DNA of 64,000 bases from a virus. The DNA lies in the IMG/VR virus record IMGVR_UViG_3300020558_000217, positions 32,001-96,000 of that record, one strand, 5' to 3'. The position numbers were made by a program, and so were the translations under genes. The notes under the pieces are model-generated. The model was not told where the DNA came from and did not search any database. It saw only the letters and a program-made list of their open reading frames with translations. Shown here in pieces: positions 8,609-17,393 of this stretch (position 1 is the first letter of the stretch; every line of letters starts with the position of its first letter).

Positions 8609-8633
8609 CTTTTAATAAAAACTAAGTTATAAT
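8605..8633 (+). promoter_or_regulatory. Early promoter
   Basis: TTGACT-N17-TATAAT. Confidence 0.85.
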
Positions 8634-8655
8634 TCTATATAACTTGGAGGATAAC

Positions 8656-9786
8656 ATGGCTCGTCGCGCTGCTCTTATTAAACGTAAACCGAAGATTACT
8701 CGCACGACTCGTTCGGAGCAGTATATCATTAATAAGAAGCATCTGGGCGACGAGCCAATTTTCACGAAGCCTCTTACAAAGGTAGATTACATCTACGCTC
8801 TGAATTGGTATAACTATATGTGCACCAATACAGAGGCCAAAGAATATATTGTAGAATATCTTAAAAATCTTGGCCGTGTGCTCGAGGCTAAACAGTTCAA
8901 GTCTGTTCCTGACAATCTTGTGCCGACAACTGTGGCATGGATTTGTCGTATGTTGTCTAAAGGATATAAACTTCCTACTGATACCGCTGAATATATCAAT
9001 CAACGCATCAAAGAAACATATAAATACATTCAGGAACCCAAGGAAGAAAGTAGTAAGCCGACGGTTTCTATTCAAGATCGCATGCGCGAGCGTACACACG
9101 ATATTCTCGGTGAAATTGAGGGAATGATAGACGACTACATCTACAATAATGTAGAATTTTCTCTTTATGAGTGGCTGCAGTCTAATAACATTCCTGCCGC
9201 CTATGCTACTTCTATCATCTCCAAATTTACCCCAGTCTTAGACGAATTGCTGCAAGCATATGAGGGTAAATGTGAACAACTCAAAGAAGGTTATCGTCAT
9301 CTCAAGAAAACCGAGATCAAAAATCTCGTCACATTCTACAATACTCTCATCGAAGATGCAGAGAGATATTGTTCGAACACGAAAAAAGTTAAGAAAGCTC
9401 GTAAGCCAAGAACGATCTCGGTCGAAAAGAAAGTCAAGAATCTCAAGTTCCAAAAGGAAGATGCAACTTACAAACTTGCTTCGGTTAGTCCAGAGAAAAT
9501 TATTGGTGCGCAGGAATTGTGGACGTTTAATTCGAAATACAAAACTGTCACGGTATTGCGTGCGATCGATCGTGGCGGGTTACAAATTAAGGGAACTAGC
9601 ATTACAAACTTTGACGAAGTTAATTCTATTACGAGATCTTTGGGGCGTAAAGACCCGAACGAAGTGGTCAAGCGCATACTTGAGGGTGGAAAACTTGTTC
9701 TCCGAAAAGTCCTTGACGATTTCAAGACGGAAAAGCCTCTTGCGTATCGCATCAACGAAAACACTATCCTGTTGAGGATTATATAA
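8656..9786 (+). CDS. Conserved T4-like phage hypothetical protein
   Basis: GGAGG RBS before ATG 8656; ALNWYNY, IIGAQELWTFNSKYK, RINENTILLR motifs seen in T4-like phages. Confidence 0.8.
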   Translation: MARRAALIKRKPKITRTTRSEQYIINKKHLGDEPIFTKPLTKVDYIYALNWYNYMCTNTEAKEYIVEYLKNLGRVLEAKQFKSVPDNLVPTTVAWICRMLSKGYKLPTDTAEYINQRIKETYKYIQEPKEESSKPTVSIQDRMRERTHDILGEIEGMIDDYIYNNVEFSLYEWLQSNNIPAAYATSIISKFTPVLDELLQAYEGKCEQLKEGYRHLKKTEIKNLVTFYNTLIEDAERYCSNTKKVKKARKPRTISVEKKVKNLKFQKEDATYKLASVSPEKIIGAQELWTFNSKYKTVTVLRAIDRGGLQIKGTSITNFDEVNSITRSLGRKDPNEVVKRILEGGKLVLRKVLDDFKTEKPLAYRINENTILLRII

Positions 9787-9974
9787 TGAGCGATCTTAAC
9801 GAAGACAAAGTCTATGACTTGATTGTTGTAGCAAGATTCCTGCTATGGTATCAGAAGGAAAATCCTGATGCTGTGTGGGGAGGAGAAAAGATTGAAGAAG
9901 TAATTGATTCTTTCTCCAGTTTAACTGGATTCGATATTGCTTTGTTACAGAATATCGCATCCTTTCAAAAGTAA
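9786..9974 (+). CDS. Hypothetical protein
   Basis: TAATG coupling to the upstream gene. Confidence 0.65.
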   Translation: MSDLNEDKVYDLIVVARFLLWYQKENPDAVWGGEKIEEVIDSFSSLTGFDIALLQNIASFQK

Positions 9975-9985
9975 AGGAAAATAAG

Positions 9986-10180
9986 ATGAACAAGATTATC
10001 TTATCAACCGTTGCTGCCATGCTTATGGGTGGTAGTGCATTTGCTGGCGACGTTATTGCGCCTCCAGTTTCAAAGTATGTAGAAGAAACTCCTCTGCCTC
10101 CAAAGCGTCCTACCAATTTTGGTAAGACTGACAATCAGAAGGTTGCACAGAAGGTTCAGGAAGTAACCACAAGGAAGTAA
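9986..10180 (+). CDS. Small secreted protein
   Basis: Sec signal MNKIILSTVAAMLMGGSAFA. Confidence 0.75.
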   Translation: MNKIILSTVAAMLMGGSAFAGDVIAPPVSKYVEETPLPPKRPTNFGKTDNQKVAQKVQEVTTRK

Positions 10181-10182
10181 TT

Positions 10183-10533
10183 ATGAAGAATATCATGTAT
10201 AGCGTGATGGTTGCTTCAATGTTATCTGGCTCTGCTGCTAGAGCAGAGCCAGAATTGAAGTGCTATGAAAATAAAGATTTCATGAAGATGATCGACGATA
10301 AGAATCTTTCTACCATTTATAATGGTTTCAAGGATGATAACCGAGTTTCTGAGATCATGATGTCGAAGGAAAGATATATCTACGTTGTAGAATATGACAA
10401 GGCGACTGATGGTAATGCTTTTGCTGCCAAGCAATATTGCGTTACAACAATACTAAAAAACGTAACATTCAATGAATCTGCTATTGAATATCTTTACCAG
10501 CTTCTGGAAAAAGTGAGAGGACAAAAGACATGA
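10183..10533 (+). CDS. Secreted protein
   Basis: Sec signal ending ARA; two Cys. Confidence 0.75.
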   Translation: MKNIMYSVMVASMLSGSAARAEPELKCYENKDFMKMIDDKNLSTIYNGFKDDNRVSEIMMSKERYIYVVEYDKATDGNAFAAKQYCVTTILKNVTFNESAIEYLYQLLEKVRGQKT

Positions 10534-10814
10534 GTATTCTTGGACCAGATGGTGGTTTAACTTTTAGTGTTACAGGTAAACAGAATAAAGATCCAATCAC
10601 TGACATTCGAATGGTAATGTTTCCTAAGATGATGGTTCATCCAGAAACTAAACAGATGGTAATGGTTCCTATGCAGGATCTTCAATATCAACGTCAGGGT
10701 TCTACAGAATGGTTTTCAGTGGCCATTCACGAAACTGATAAACACGATTTTAACCCGGAGTATAAAAATGAAGAAGTATCTACTAGTAATTCTAGCGGGG
10801 TTATCCTTTCTTAG
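10530..10814 (+). CDS. Hypothetical protein
   Basis: ATGA overlap; GAGG RBS. Confidence 0.7.
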   Translation: MSILGPDGGLTFSVTGKQNKDPITDIRMVMFPKMMVHPETKQMVMVPMQDLQYQRQGSTEWFSVAIHETDKHDFNPEYKNEEVSTSNSSGVILS

Positions 10815-10890
10815 TTTGGTTGGCTGTTCAGTACTCGGAACAGTCGTCAAGTGCTCTGTACGGGATAGTAGTAATAGACCGTGCCAGTGA
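10768..10890 (+). CDS. Small lipoprotein (40 aa; lipobox LVGC)
   Basis: GGAG RBS; MKKYLLVILAGLSFLSLVGCSVLGTVVKCSVRDSSNRPCQ; missed by the ORF track. Confidence 0.7.
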   Translation: MKKYLLVILAGLSFLSLVGCSVLGTVVKCSVRDSSNRPCQ

Positions 10891-10907
10891 AGGGCCAGAG
10901 GGAATAC

Positions 10908-11222
10908 ATGGACCGGAAATCGAAGATTTTGAAAATTCTGTTGACAAGTAGCGTTTTTACGCTATACTATATGAATATGGCAATGGCAGCGGATGATATA
11001 TCATGTGATAAGAAGACTAGCGATAGCCATATCATCCACTGTAAAACAAAAAAGGTGATGGATGTTTCGTTGGTTTCTATTAACGGCGGTGAGTGTAACT
11101 CTCCTGCATTCCACTGGCATGGTAGCGGTGAGTTTTCCATTCCAGGAACTAAAGAATGTGGCTACGTTGGAGCAGTCACATTATCAATCGACGGTCACAA
11201 TAAAACCTTCGCCCCATTATAA
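10908..11222 (+). CDS. Secreted Cys-containing protein
   Basis: Signal-like N-terminus ending AMA-A; 4 Cys; start uncertain. Confidence 0.6.
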   Translation: MDRKSKILKILLTSSVFTLYYMNMAMAADDISCDKKTSDSHIIHCKTKKVMDVSLVSINGGECNSPAFHWHGSGEFSIPGTKECGYVGAVTLSIDGHNKTFAPL

Positions 11223-11225
11223 ATA
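11218..11225 (+). promoter_or_regulatory. T4-type late promoter directly upstream of the tmRNA
   Basis: TATAAATA. Confidence 0.7.
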
Positions 11226-11229
11226 GAAT

Positions 11230-11560
11230 TGCCGAGGTCGTTGAGAGACGAAACATAGGTTTCTTGGACGTGGGTGCGATTCCCACCGCCTCCACCATAG
11301 ATACATTAGGAAAGACAATGTTTTAGAAAAGTTCTAGCACCAAGTGAGTTCTAAAACATAAGAAGATCATTGCTTCAGCTTGCCGACTAGACTAGTGTAT
11401 CTATGATGGGGGCGAACAGGTTCGACGGGATACAGTAAGGTCGTAAGGAGACCAAAGGCAAGTATAGGTGCTAACGATAACTTTGCACCATTTGACTTCG
11501 CTCTAGCAGCGTAAGTTCATTGGGTTCTGCAAGTCTTACCTCGAAACAGAAAAGACTTGC
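11230..11560 (+). ncRNA. ssrA: Circularly permuted (two-piece) tmRNA; tag ANDNFAPFDFALAA
   Basis: The acceptor piece with T-arm ends CGCCTCC-A-CCA (11287-11297) and precedes the 5' piece GGGGGCG (11408-11414), giving a G3:U70 pair. The intervening segment is closed by CATAGATACATTAG/CTAGTGTATCTATG. Tag ORF 11470-11514; 3' hairpin 11529-11560. Confidence 0.92.
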
Positions 11561-11585
11561 CTTTCTGATTATACCATAGTATAAT
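11557..11585 (+). promoter_or_regulatory. Promoter for the tRNA
   Basis: TTGCCT-N17-TATAAT. Confidence 0.7.
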
Positions 11586-11594
11586 ACTAATAAT

Positions 11595-11671
11595 GGCTCC
11601 GTAGCTCAGCAGGATAGAGCAACAGACTTCTAATCTGTGGGTCGAACGTTCGAATCGTTCCGGAGTCGCCA
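11595..11671 (+). tRNA. tRNA-Arg(UCU)
   Basis: Cloverleaf; anticodon stem ACAGA/TCTGT with loop CTTCTAA; GTTCGAATC T-loop; encoded CCA. Confidence 0.95.
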
Positions 11672-11816
11672 TTTCTTAGGAGAACTAAAATGTCAAGACA
11701 CAATCATTGGTTTTGGAATAGTTCTTTCGTCAATGTTGTCCATCAAAAATTACTACACTTAACTTCATACATCTGGAAGAAGCAGAATCACAACCACTAA
11801 AATCGGAGATTATATT

Positions 11817-12011
11817 ATGGCTTATAGAGACGAACCTGGAATTGTCTATTATGTGACATGTCTGTTGATCTTTGGTTTTGCACTATATGGTTGGATTTCG
11901 AATATCCTTATCCTTTGGAATTCGTTTGATTCTCCTCTGACAGCTAAGATGATTGTTCGTATTGCTGGTATTTTTGTAACTCCTCTAGGAATTATTCTAG
12001 GATATATCTAA
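11817..12011 (+). CDS. Small membrane protein (2 TM)
   Basis: Two hydrophobic helices; GGAG RBS. Confidence 0.75.
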   Translation: MAYRDEPGIVYYVTCLLIFGFALYGWISNILILWNSFDSPLTAKMIVRIAGIFVTPLGIILGYI

Positions 12012-12023
12012 AAGGAATGTGGC

Positions 12024-12221
12024 TTGAAAAACTCTCGTCCTTCTTCGCTTTCGCAGATTTATAATCTGAAACATGCATTTGAATATGAACTGAATAATGT
12101 GTTAGCCTTTGAAGATAGACAGGAGTTTTTTAGAGTCATAAATTACTTTGAACAGAGAATTTCAGAATTGAAAGAAGAAGAAAAGCAATGCTTAAGAATT
12201 CAGTCTTCGTTGAAGAAGTAG
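12024..12221 (+). CDS. Hypothetical protein
   Basis: ORF track; AAGGA RBS. Confidence 0.55.
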   Translation: MKNSRPSSLSQIYNLKHAFEYELNNVLAFEDRQEFFRVINYFEQRISELKEEEKQCLRIQSSLKK

Positions 12222-12406
12222 AAAAACTGTGTCGAGATAAGAATATCGAATATATTGATGCTGTTGTCTTTTGGTGCGAAAAAAATAATCTAGAAATAGA
12301 GACTGCTGCTTATTGGATAAAAAAAGATCCAGTTATGAGATCTAAAATTCAACTAGAAGCCGAAAACCTTAATGTGCTTAAACGAGGAGCAAGATTGCCC
12401 ATATAA
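12188..12406 (+). CDS. gp33: Late transcription coactivator gp33
   Basis: YIDAVVFWCEKNNLEIE...KIQLEAENLN...LPI; upstream of gp59 and gp32. Confidence 0.88.
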   Translation: MLKNSVFVEEVEKLCRDKNIEYIDAVVFWCEKNNLEIETAAYWIKKDPVMRSKIQLEAENLNVLKRGARLPI

Positions 12407-12437
12407 ATATTAGGTTCAGCCATTGTTGGAGGCGTCT

Positions 12438-12941
12438 ATGCGTATAAAAACAATCGGTCGACCATCGCATGTATCCTTGGGGATAGTTAAAAAGGCAGCT
12501 TATTTTTATGGTAAATATCTAATCGGGGGTGGAAAGCTATTTAATAATATCCGTTTGACTGTTCAGTTTGAACACTTCAATAAAAATGACGGAGATTATG
12601 CATACTGCGATTGGACAGACGACAATAACAGTTGCAGAGAGTTTTTAATAGGTATTGACCATGCTTTGAGCAAAAAAGAAACTTTGCTTGCTCTTGCTCA
12701 TGAAATGGTTCATCTTAAGCAATATGCGAGAGGTGAAATGAAAGATATCTGGCGTCCGGTTAGAATGGTAAAGTGGCAGGGCGAAAGATACTTGCATGAA
12801 GAAATGGATTACTGGGAGTGCCCCTGGGAAATTGAAGCGTATGGTCGTGAAAAGGGTCTATACTTCAAATTTCTAACATATTTACAGTATGGAGAGCCTG
12901 AAGAATTATGTCAGCGTTCGAAGCATATAAAGAGTACATAG
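12438..12941 (+). CDS. Zinc metallopeptidase-like protein (HExxH)
   Basis: LAHEMVHLKQY and PWEIEAY motifs; TATAAATA at 12402-12409; GGAGG RBS. Confidence 0.8.
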   Translation: MRIKTIGRPSHVSLGIVKKAAYFYGKYLIGGGKLFNNIRLTVQFEHFNKNDGDYAYCDWTDDNNSCREFLIGIDHALSKKETLLALAHEMVHLKQYARGEMKDIWRPVRMVKWQGERYLHEEMDYWECPWEIEAYGREKGLYFKFLTYLQYGEPEELCQRSKHIKST

Positions 12942-13483
12942 CCCTTAAAAATCATTTCACCAAAGCTGATTATGACTACATTAAATACAACGGAAAGACA
13001 GGAATAAAACATGCTTCCTTTGAGAAGCGAAAAGACAAGATTTTCTTTGAGAAACTTTCAAAGATTGAGAATTATCACGAGTTTCTTATTGCTAATCTTA
13101 GTAATAATCCTAAACTCTGGATTCGTGATCTAGCGTATTCAGAATCCGCTCAATTAACATATCAAAATTGGAAAAAGAGAAATCAGTCTCTTACATACAA
13201 TTTTAAAAACGATTTCAAAAAAATATTAGAAGAACCAGGAGGGCAGCAACATCCAGCCGCCCTTCGATTATATCTTGGTAACCAGATCAGTTTGGAGTCT
13301 CTTTGTATCTTTATTAAAATGACAAAGGCGATCGATCAATGGGACTCTAAACTTGAATATGACCCGATATGGGAAGATATCCGATTGAGGGTTGTAAAAT
13401 ATACTTCATTCATCAAATTTGATTATGAGAAAGTTAAGCAGACAATGCTTGACATTATGAATGATATGGAGTATACTAAATAA
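12908..13483 (+). CDS. gp59: Helicase loader gp59
   Basis: YIALKNHFT..YDYIKYNGK, FEKRKDKIFFEKL motifs; synteny. Confidence 0.9.
   Translation: MSAFEAYKEYIALKNHFTKADYDYIKYNGKTGIKHASFEKRKDKIFFEKLSKIENYHEFLIANLSNNPKLWIRDLAYSESAQLTYQNWKKRNQSLTYNFKNDFKKILEEPGGQQHPAALRLYLGNQISLESLCIFIKMTKAIDQWDSKLEYDPIWEDIRLRVVKYTSFIKFDYEKVKQTMLDIMNDMEYTK
13449..13477 (+). promoter_or_regulatory. Early promoter for gp32
   Basis: TTGACA-N17-TATACT. Confidence 0.8.
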
Positions 13484-13544
13484 TGGCGGGCGATACAAAT
13501 GCCCAACATACAATTGTTATACACTGTAATACGGAGAAATATAC

Positions 13545-14450
13545 ATGGTAGATTTTAAGTCCCTCAAAGCAGCTTCAGGTAAGAAGTCTCTAGAATCCCT
13601 AACATCAGAGCTTAATAAGCTATCAGGCGGCGAAGGCAAGGGTGCCGATGATCGTTTCTGGGCGCCAACAGTCGATAAGGCTGGTAATGGTTATGCTGTT
13701 ATTAGGTTTCTTCCTCCACCAGCTAACGAAGACGTTCCTTTCGTTCGTATCTTTGATCATGGTTTCCAGGGTCCAGGTGGATGGTATATTGAGAATTCTC
13801 TGACCACTCTTGGTAAGAATGACCCAGTTTCAGAATATAATTCTAAGTTGTGGAACTCCGGTATTGAGGCCAACAAGGAAATTGCTCGTAAGCAGAAGCG
13901 TCGCCTTCACTTCATCAGCAATATCTACGTTGTCAGCGATTCTGGCAATCCTGCTAATGAGGGTAAAGTTTTTCTTTACAAGTACGGTAAGAAGATCTTT
14001 GACAAGCTCAAGGAAGCGATGGAGCCACAGTTTGCGGATGAAGAGGCTGTAAATCCTTTTGATCTTTGGGCTGGTGCTAACTTCAAGTTGAAGATTCGTA
14101 ATCTCGAGGGTTATCGCAATTACGATAAGTCTGAGTTTGATAAACCAAGTCCACTTCTTAAGGATGACGAAGAGCTAGAAAAGGTTTGGAAGAGCGAACA
14201 TTCACTTCAGGAATTTCTTGCTCCATCTAACTTCAAATCTTATGAAGAACTTCAGACTCGTTTGTCTAAGGTTCTTGCTGAAGACTCTGCTCCTGCAAAG
14301 CGTAAGGCAGCGGAGAACACTGAAGTTCCATGGCAGGAAGAAGAGTCTGCTCCTACCTTTAAGGCGACTCATGCGCCAAAGTATTCATCTGATGATGAAG
14401 ATGATGATGATGAGTCATTGGAGTTTTTTAAGAAACTTGCTAACGACTAA
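13545..14450 (+). CDS. gp32: Single-stranded DNA-binding protein gp32
   Basis: DKAGNGYAVIRFLP, WYIENSLTT, YKYGKKIFDK, RNYDKSEF motifs; acidic C-tail. Confidence 0.97.
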   Translation: MVDFKSLKAASGKKSLESLTSELNKLSGGEGKGADDRFWAPTVDKAGNGYAVIRFLPPPANEDVPFVRIFDHGFQGPGGWYIENSLTTLGKNDPVSEYNSKLWNSGIEANKEIARKQKRRLHFISNIYVVSDSGNPANEGKVFLYKYGKKIFDKLKEAMEPQFADEEAVNPFDLWAGANFKLKIRNLEGYRNYDKSEFDKPSPLLKDDEELEKVWKSEHSLQEFLAPSNFKSYEELQTRLSKVLAEDSAPAKRKAAENTEVPWQEEESAPTFKATHAPKYSSDDEDDDDESLEFFKKLAND

Positions 14451-14454
14451 AATG

Positions 14455-14484
14455 AAGAGGGAGCCAAATTGGCTCCCTTTTTTA
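14455..14484. terminator. Rho-independent terminator between convergent genes
   Basis: AGGGAGCCA-AAT-TGGCTCCCT hairpin followed by a T-run. Confidence 0.85.
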
Positions 14485-16491
14485 TTAACCCCAAGACATA
14501 TTCTTTTTATAATTTTTCATCTCTTCATAATGATTACCGCCAAGCATACTAGCCCAATCTGGCCATTCAATATCTCCTGGCATATTATAAGCAAACCCTG
14601 ATTGATTTGTAGCAGTCATTCTATTTGGTTCTACATTAACTTGAGGATTAAAGAAAGAACCTTGAGCTTCTTGTATTGTTTGTTCTGTTGCTTGAGATGT
14701 TACTGCTGCTTGATTGAGCATTTGAGCGTTTAATGCAGGCATCGATGGCGTTGAAACTAATTCAGATTGAATAGCAGATGTAATCATTGGTAGAAGCATA
14801 CCAACTATACCACCAATTCCTCCTCCCATCATTCCTGGCATCATACCCATCATTTGACCCATCATATTTGCGCCAGCTGGAGGAGCTGAGATACCCGAAG
14901 ATATGGGTGCTTGTGCTACTGGTTCTGCAGCCGCCATAGGTGATGCTGCAGGAGGTGCCATAGATGTCGTAGTTCCTACTGCTGGTGTTGCACCTTGTAA
15001 TGCTCTTTGTTCTGGGGTTCCTGCTACTTGATACGTATCTGGAACCGATGGCGCACCACCTTTTGGTATTTCAGCATGTAAATGGTTATTATGACCAGCT
15101 GCTGCGTATGGTCCGCTTTCTCTCCAATAAACTTTATATCCAAGTCTAGTCAATTGTTCGGCTAATTGATCGAACTTGGCTCCCATAACAGGATCTCTCG
15201 CTTCAACATTACCTTCTCCGAAATTGATGTCAATTGCTCTACCTTCATAATGAGCTTTGCCTTTATGAACTGGTTTTACACCACCAAATTGTGGATGTTC
15301 AGAAATGCGCATTCCCATTTTTTCTAGAGCATGTCCAAGAGCTACTACGTCTCCTGCAGGCAAAGAAGCGCCAACTTGTTCGCCATGGCCATGACCTTCA
15401 TGAGCTACGCCGCTAATTGGCCCATGGCCGCCTTCTTTACCTATACGTTCTGTACGAGGATCGTTGGCAGAAGGAATGACTTCAGGCGTTGATACTGGGG
15501 TGGCTGTTGGAGTGGATGTTGGGGTGGTGCCACCAGAAGGCGTAGAAGTTGTTTTATTGTCTTGCGGCGAACTTTTAGCTAACGCTGCAGCATTAGCCAT
15601 CCTTTGGCCTAAATGTTGATGCGTTGATCTTTCGTAACCATAATCGATTGCTCTTGCTGCTTCTATTGCTGTAGAAGCAGATTTAAGCATTTGACCAGCA
15701 CGTTTTTCAGTATTCATTAATTCCCATTGAACGAACTCTAACTGTTGTTTAAAGTTAGATTGTCTAATAGGAATTCCCATTACTTGTTGGAACTTAGCTT
15801 GTCTATCTGGATGCCATTGAGCAATTCCGTATGCTTGACCGTTATCACCCACAGCATTAGTTCTTAAACTTTTTCCTGATTCTACTTGGAGATTGCCGAC
15901 AATGCCAGCTGCCTGTTCTTTTGACCAACCTTTTGATTGGAAGAAAGACATTGCTTCTGAAGAGCTTCCAGATTCACCAACCCCTGGACCTATTGCACCG
16001 CCACCACCAGCGGTTGAAAGCGCTGCCATTCCTCCACCAGCAACTGCAGCGCCAATACCTAATGTGGCTAATTGTTTTGCGAAATCCGAACTTAGATTAG
16101 TAATACTTCCTAGCAAACCACTGCTGCTAGTATTCATGATATTGCGATTTAGACTTTCAATATCACCACTAAGAGTACGAGTGTTTCTGGTTACATTACT
16201 AATTTCAGTGCGCATAGAATTTTGAATTTCTAAAGACTCTCTGAATAGAGAATTTAGGCTATCAATTTTATTGCCTGTTTGCTGAGACTCTGAAACCATC
16301 TCTTCAAGCACATTATGAAGATCCGCAATATCTTCTCTTTGTGATTTGAAGGTTGTAGAAATATCTTTGACAATTCTACTTAAATTGGCATTACTAGCAT
16401 TGGCTGCTTGACGAAACTCGCCTGCAGTCTCCATGCCGGCATTTCTAATGCCTCTAGTTATCGCCGATAATTCTTCTGCTTCTATGGCCAT
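14485..16491 (-). CDS. Tail/baseplate-hub protein with coiled coil, phage-tail-lysozyme domain and M15-like peptidase domain
   Basis: QAAGIVGNLQVES...AYGIAQWH...QQLEFVQWEL (Phage_lysozyme2-like); H-x6-D (HYEGRAID) and HLH zinc-peptidase motifs; follows gp51. Confidence 0.75.
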   Translation of the reverse strand: MAIEAEELSAITRGIRNAGMETAGEFRQAANASNANLSRIVKDISTTFKSQREDIADLHNVLEEMVSESQQTGNKIDSLNSLFRESLEIQNSMRTEISNVTRNTRTLSGDIESLNRNIMNTSSSGLLGSITNLSSDFAKQLATLGIGAAVAGGGMAALSTAGGGGAIGPGVGESGSSSEAMSFFQSKGWSKEQAAGIVGNLQVESGKSLRTNAVGDNGQAYGIAQWHPDRQAKFQQVMGIPIRQSNFKQQLEFVQWELMNTEKRAGQMLKSASTAIEAARAIDYGYERSTHQHLGQRMANAAALAKSSPQDNKTTSTPSGGTTPTSTPTATPVSTPEVIPSANDPRTERIGKEGGHGPISGVAHEGHGHGEQVGASLPAGDVVALGHALEKMGMRISEHPQFGGVKPVHKGKAHYEGRAIDINFGEGNVEARDPVMGAKFDQLAEQLTRLGYKVYWRESGPYAAAGHNNHLHAEIPKGGAPSVPDTYQVAGTPEQRALQGATPAVGTTTSMAPPAASPMAAAEPVAQAPISSGISAPPAGANMMGQMMGMMPGMMGGGIGGIVGMLLPMITSAIQSELVSTPSMPALNAQMLNQAAVTSQATEQTIQEAQGSFFNPQVNVEPNRMTATNQSGFAYNMPGDIEWPDWASMLGGNHYEEMKNYKKNMSWG

Positions 16492-16494
16492 TTG

Positions 16495-16677
16495 TTATCC
16501 GTTAGTTTTCTTTTTAGCTTCTTCTACTTCTTTCAAGTAGTTGACTAGCATTTGAACATATATGTCTCTCTCAAAGGGCATCATAGATTCTATTTCACTA
16601 ATTGAGTATTTATGGTGCTGAGCCAAAGAAAATACAGTCGCATAATAGTTAGATAGCGTATTATGACTCAGCGCCAC
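16495..16677 (-). CDS. gp51: Baseplate hub assembly protein gp51
   Basis: NYY...FSLAQHHKYSISEIESMMPFERDIYV. Confidence 0.88.
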   Translation of the reverse strand: MALSHNTLSNYYATVFSLAQHHKYSISEIESMMPFERDIYVQMLVNYLKEVEEAKKKTNG

Positions 16678-17378
16678 GTAAAAAAATCATTTAACGAAGA
16701 CAACACGATTTCCCGATCGTTCCCAAGTTCGTTTTGGTATAAAATCTTATATTCCATTCTGGGAACATTTAATAGAAAGTTTTGAACTTGTTCAAATGTC
16801 TTGATATTTAAATTTTCAAGAAACTCGTTCAATTCTTCTCTTTTATAATCTTTACATTCATAAATCTGATCTTCAAAATAGATAGATTCGATACATCTGA
16901 TAATTAGCTCAAACATATAATCTTTTTCTAGATTTAGAAAATCTTTGTCATCGTATAACGCAGCTGAAGGATATTTCATGATTATCCCTGACTGCGGAGT
17001 TATCTTAATCTTGTTTTCCATTTTTTTGGGATAGTTGACTTTAACTTCTTCTAAATTGATTTCGAAGTCATATACTTTTTTATCCTCTGAATCTCTATAT
17101 GATACCTTTACTATGTTATCAACTGATACTGATCTTAATTTTAAGAAAATGTATTCAAGATCAAATAATGCTAGTTTGCTAACATCTAATTTTGGGTCAA
17201 CGGAACAATTATTGACTACCTGTTTAATAGCAGAAAGGATGTCAGCTGAATTATCGCTTTCCTTTGCCATCAACAATAATTTTTCTTCTTTGACTAAAAA
17301 AGGTCTAAACTGAAAGTCTTTTTTCAGAGATGGTACATTTATTTTATATACAGGATAATCAATTTTCGGTAATGACAT
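16668..17378 (-). CDS. gp26: Baseplate hub subunit gp26
   Basis: MSLPKI...FRPFLVKEEKLLL...FDLEYIFLKLRSVSV. Confidence 0.92.
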   Translation of the reverse strand: MSLPKIDYPVYKINVPSLKKDFQFRPFLVKEEKLLLMAKESDNSADILSAIKQVVNNCSVDPKLDVSKLALFDLEYIFLKLRSVSVDNIVKVSYRDSEDKKVYDFEINLEEVKVNYPKKMENKIKITPQSGIIMKYPSAALYDDKDFLNLEKDYMFELIIRCIESIYFEDQIYECKDYKREELNEFLENLNIKTFEQVQNFLLNVPRMEYKILYQNELGNDREIVLSSLNDFFTWR

Positions 17379-17393
17379 TAATATACTCCATTA

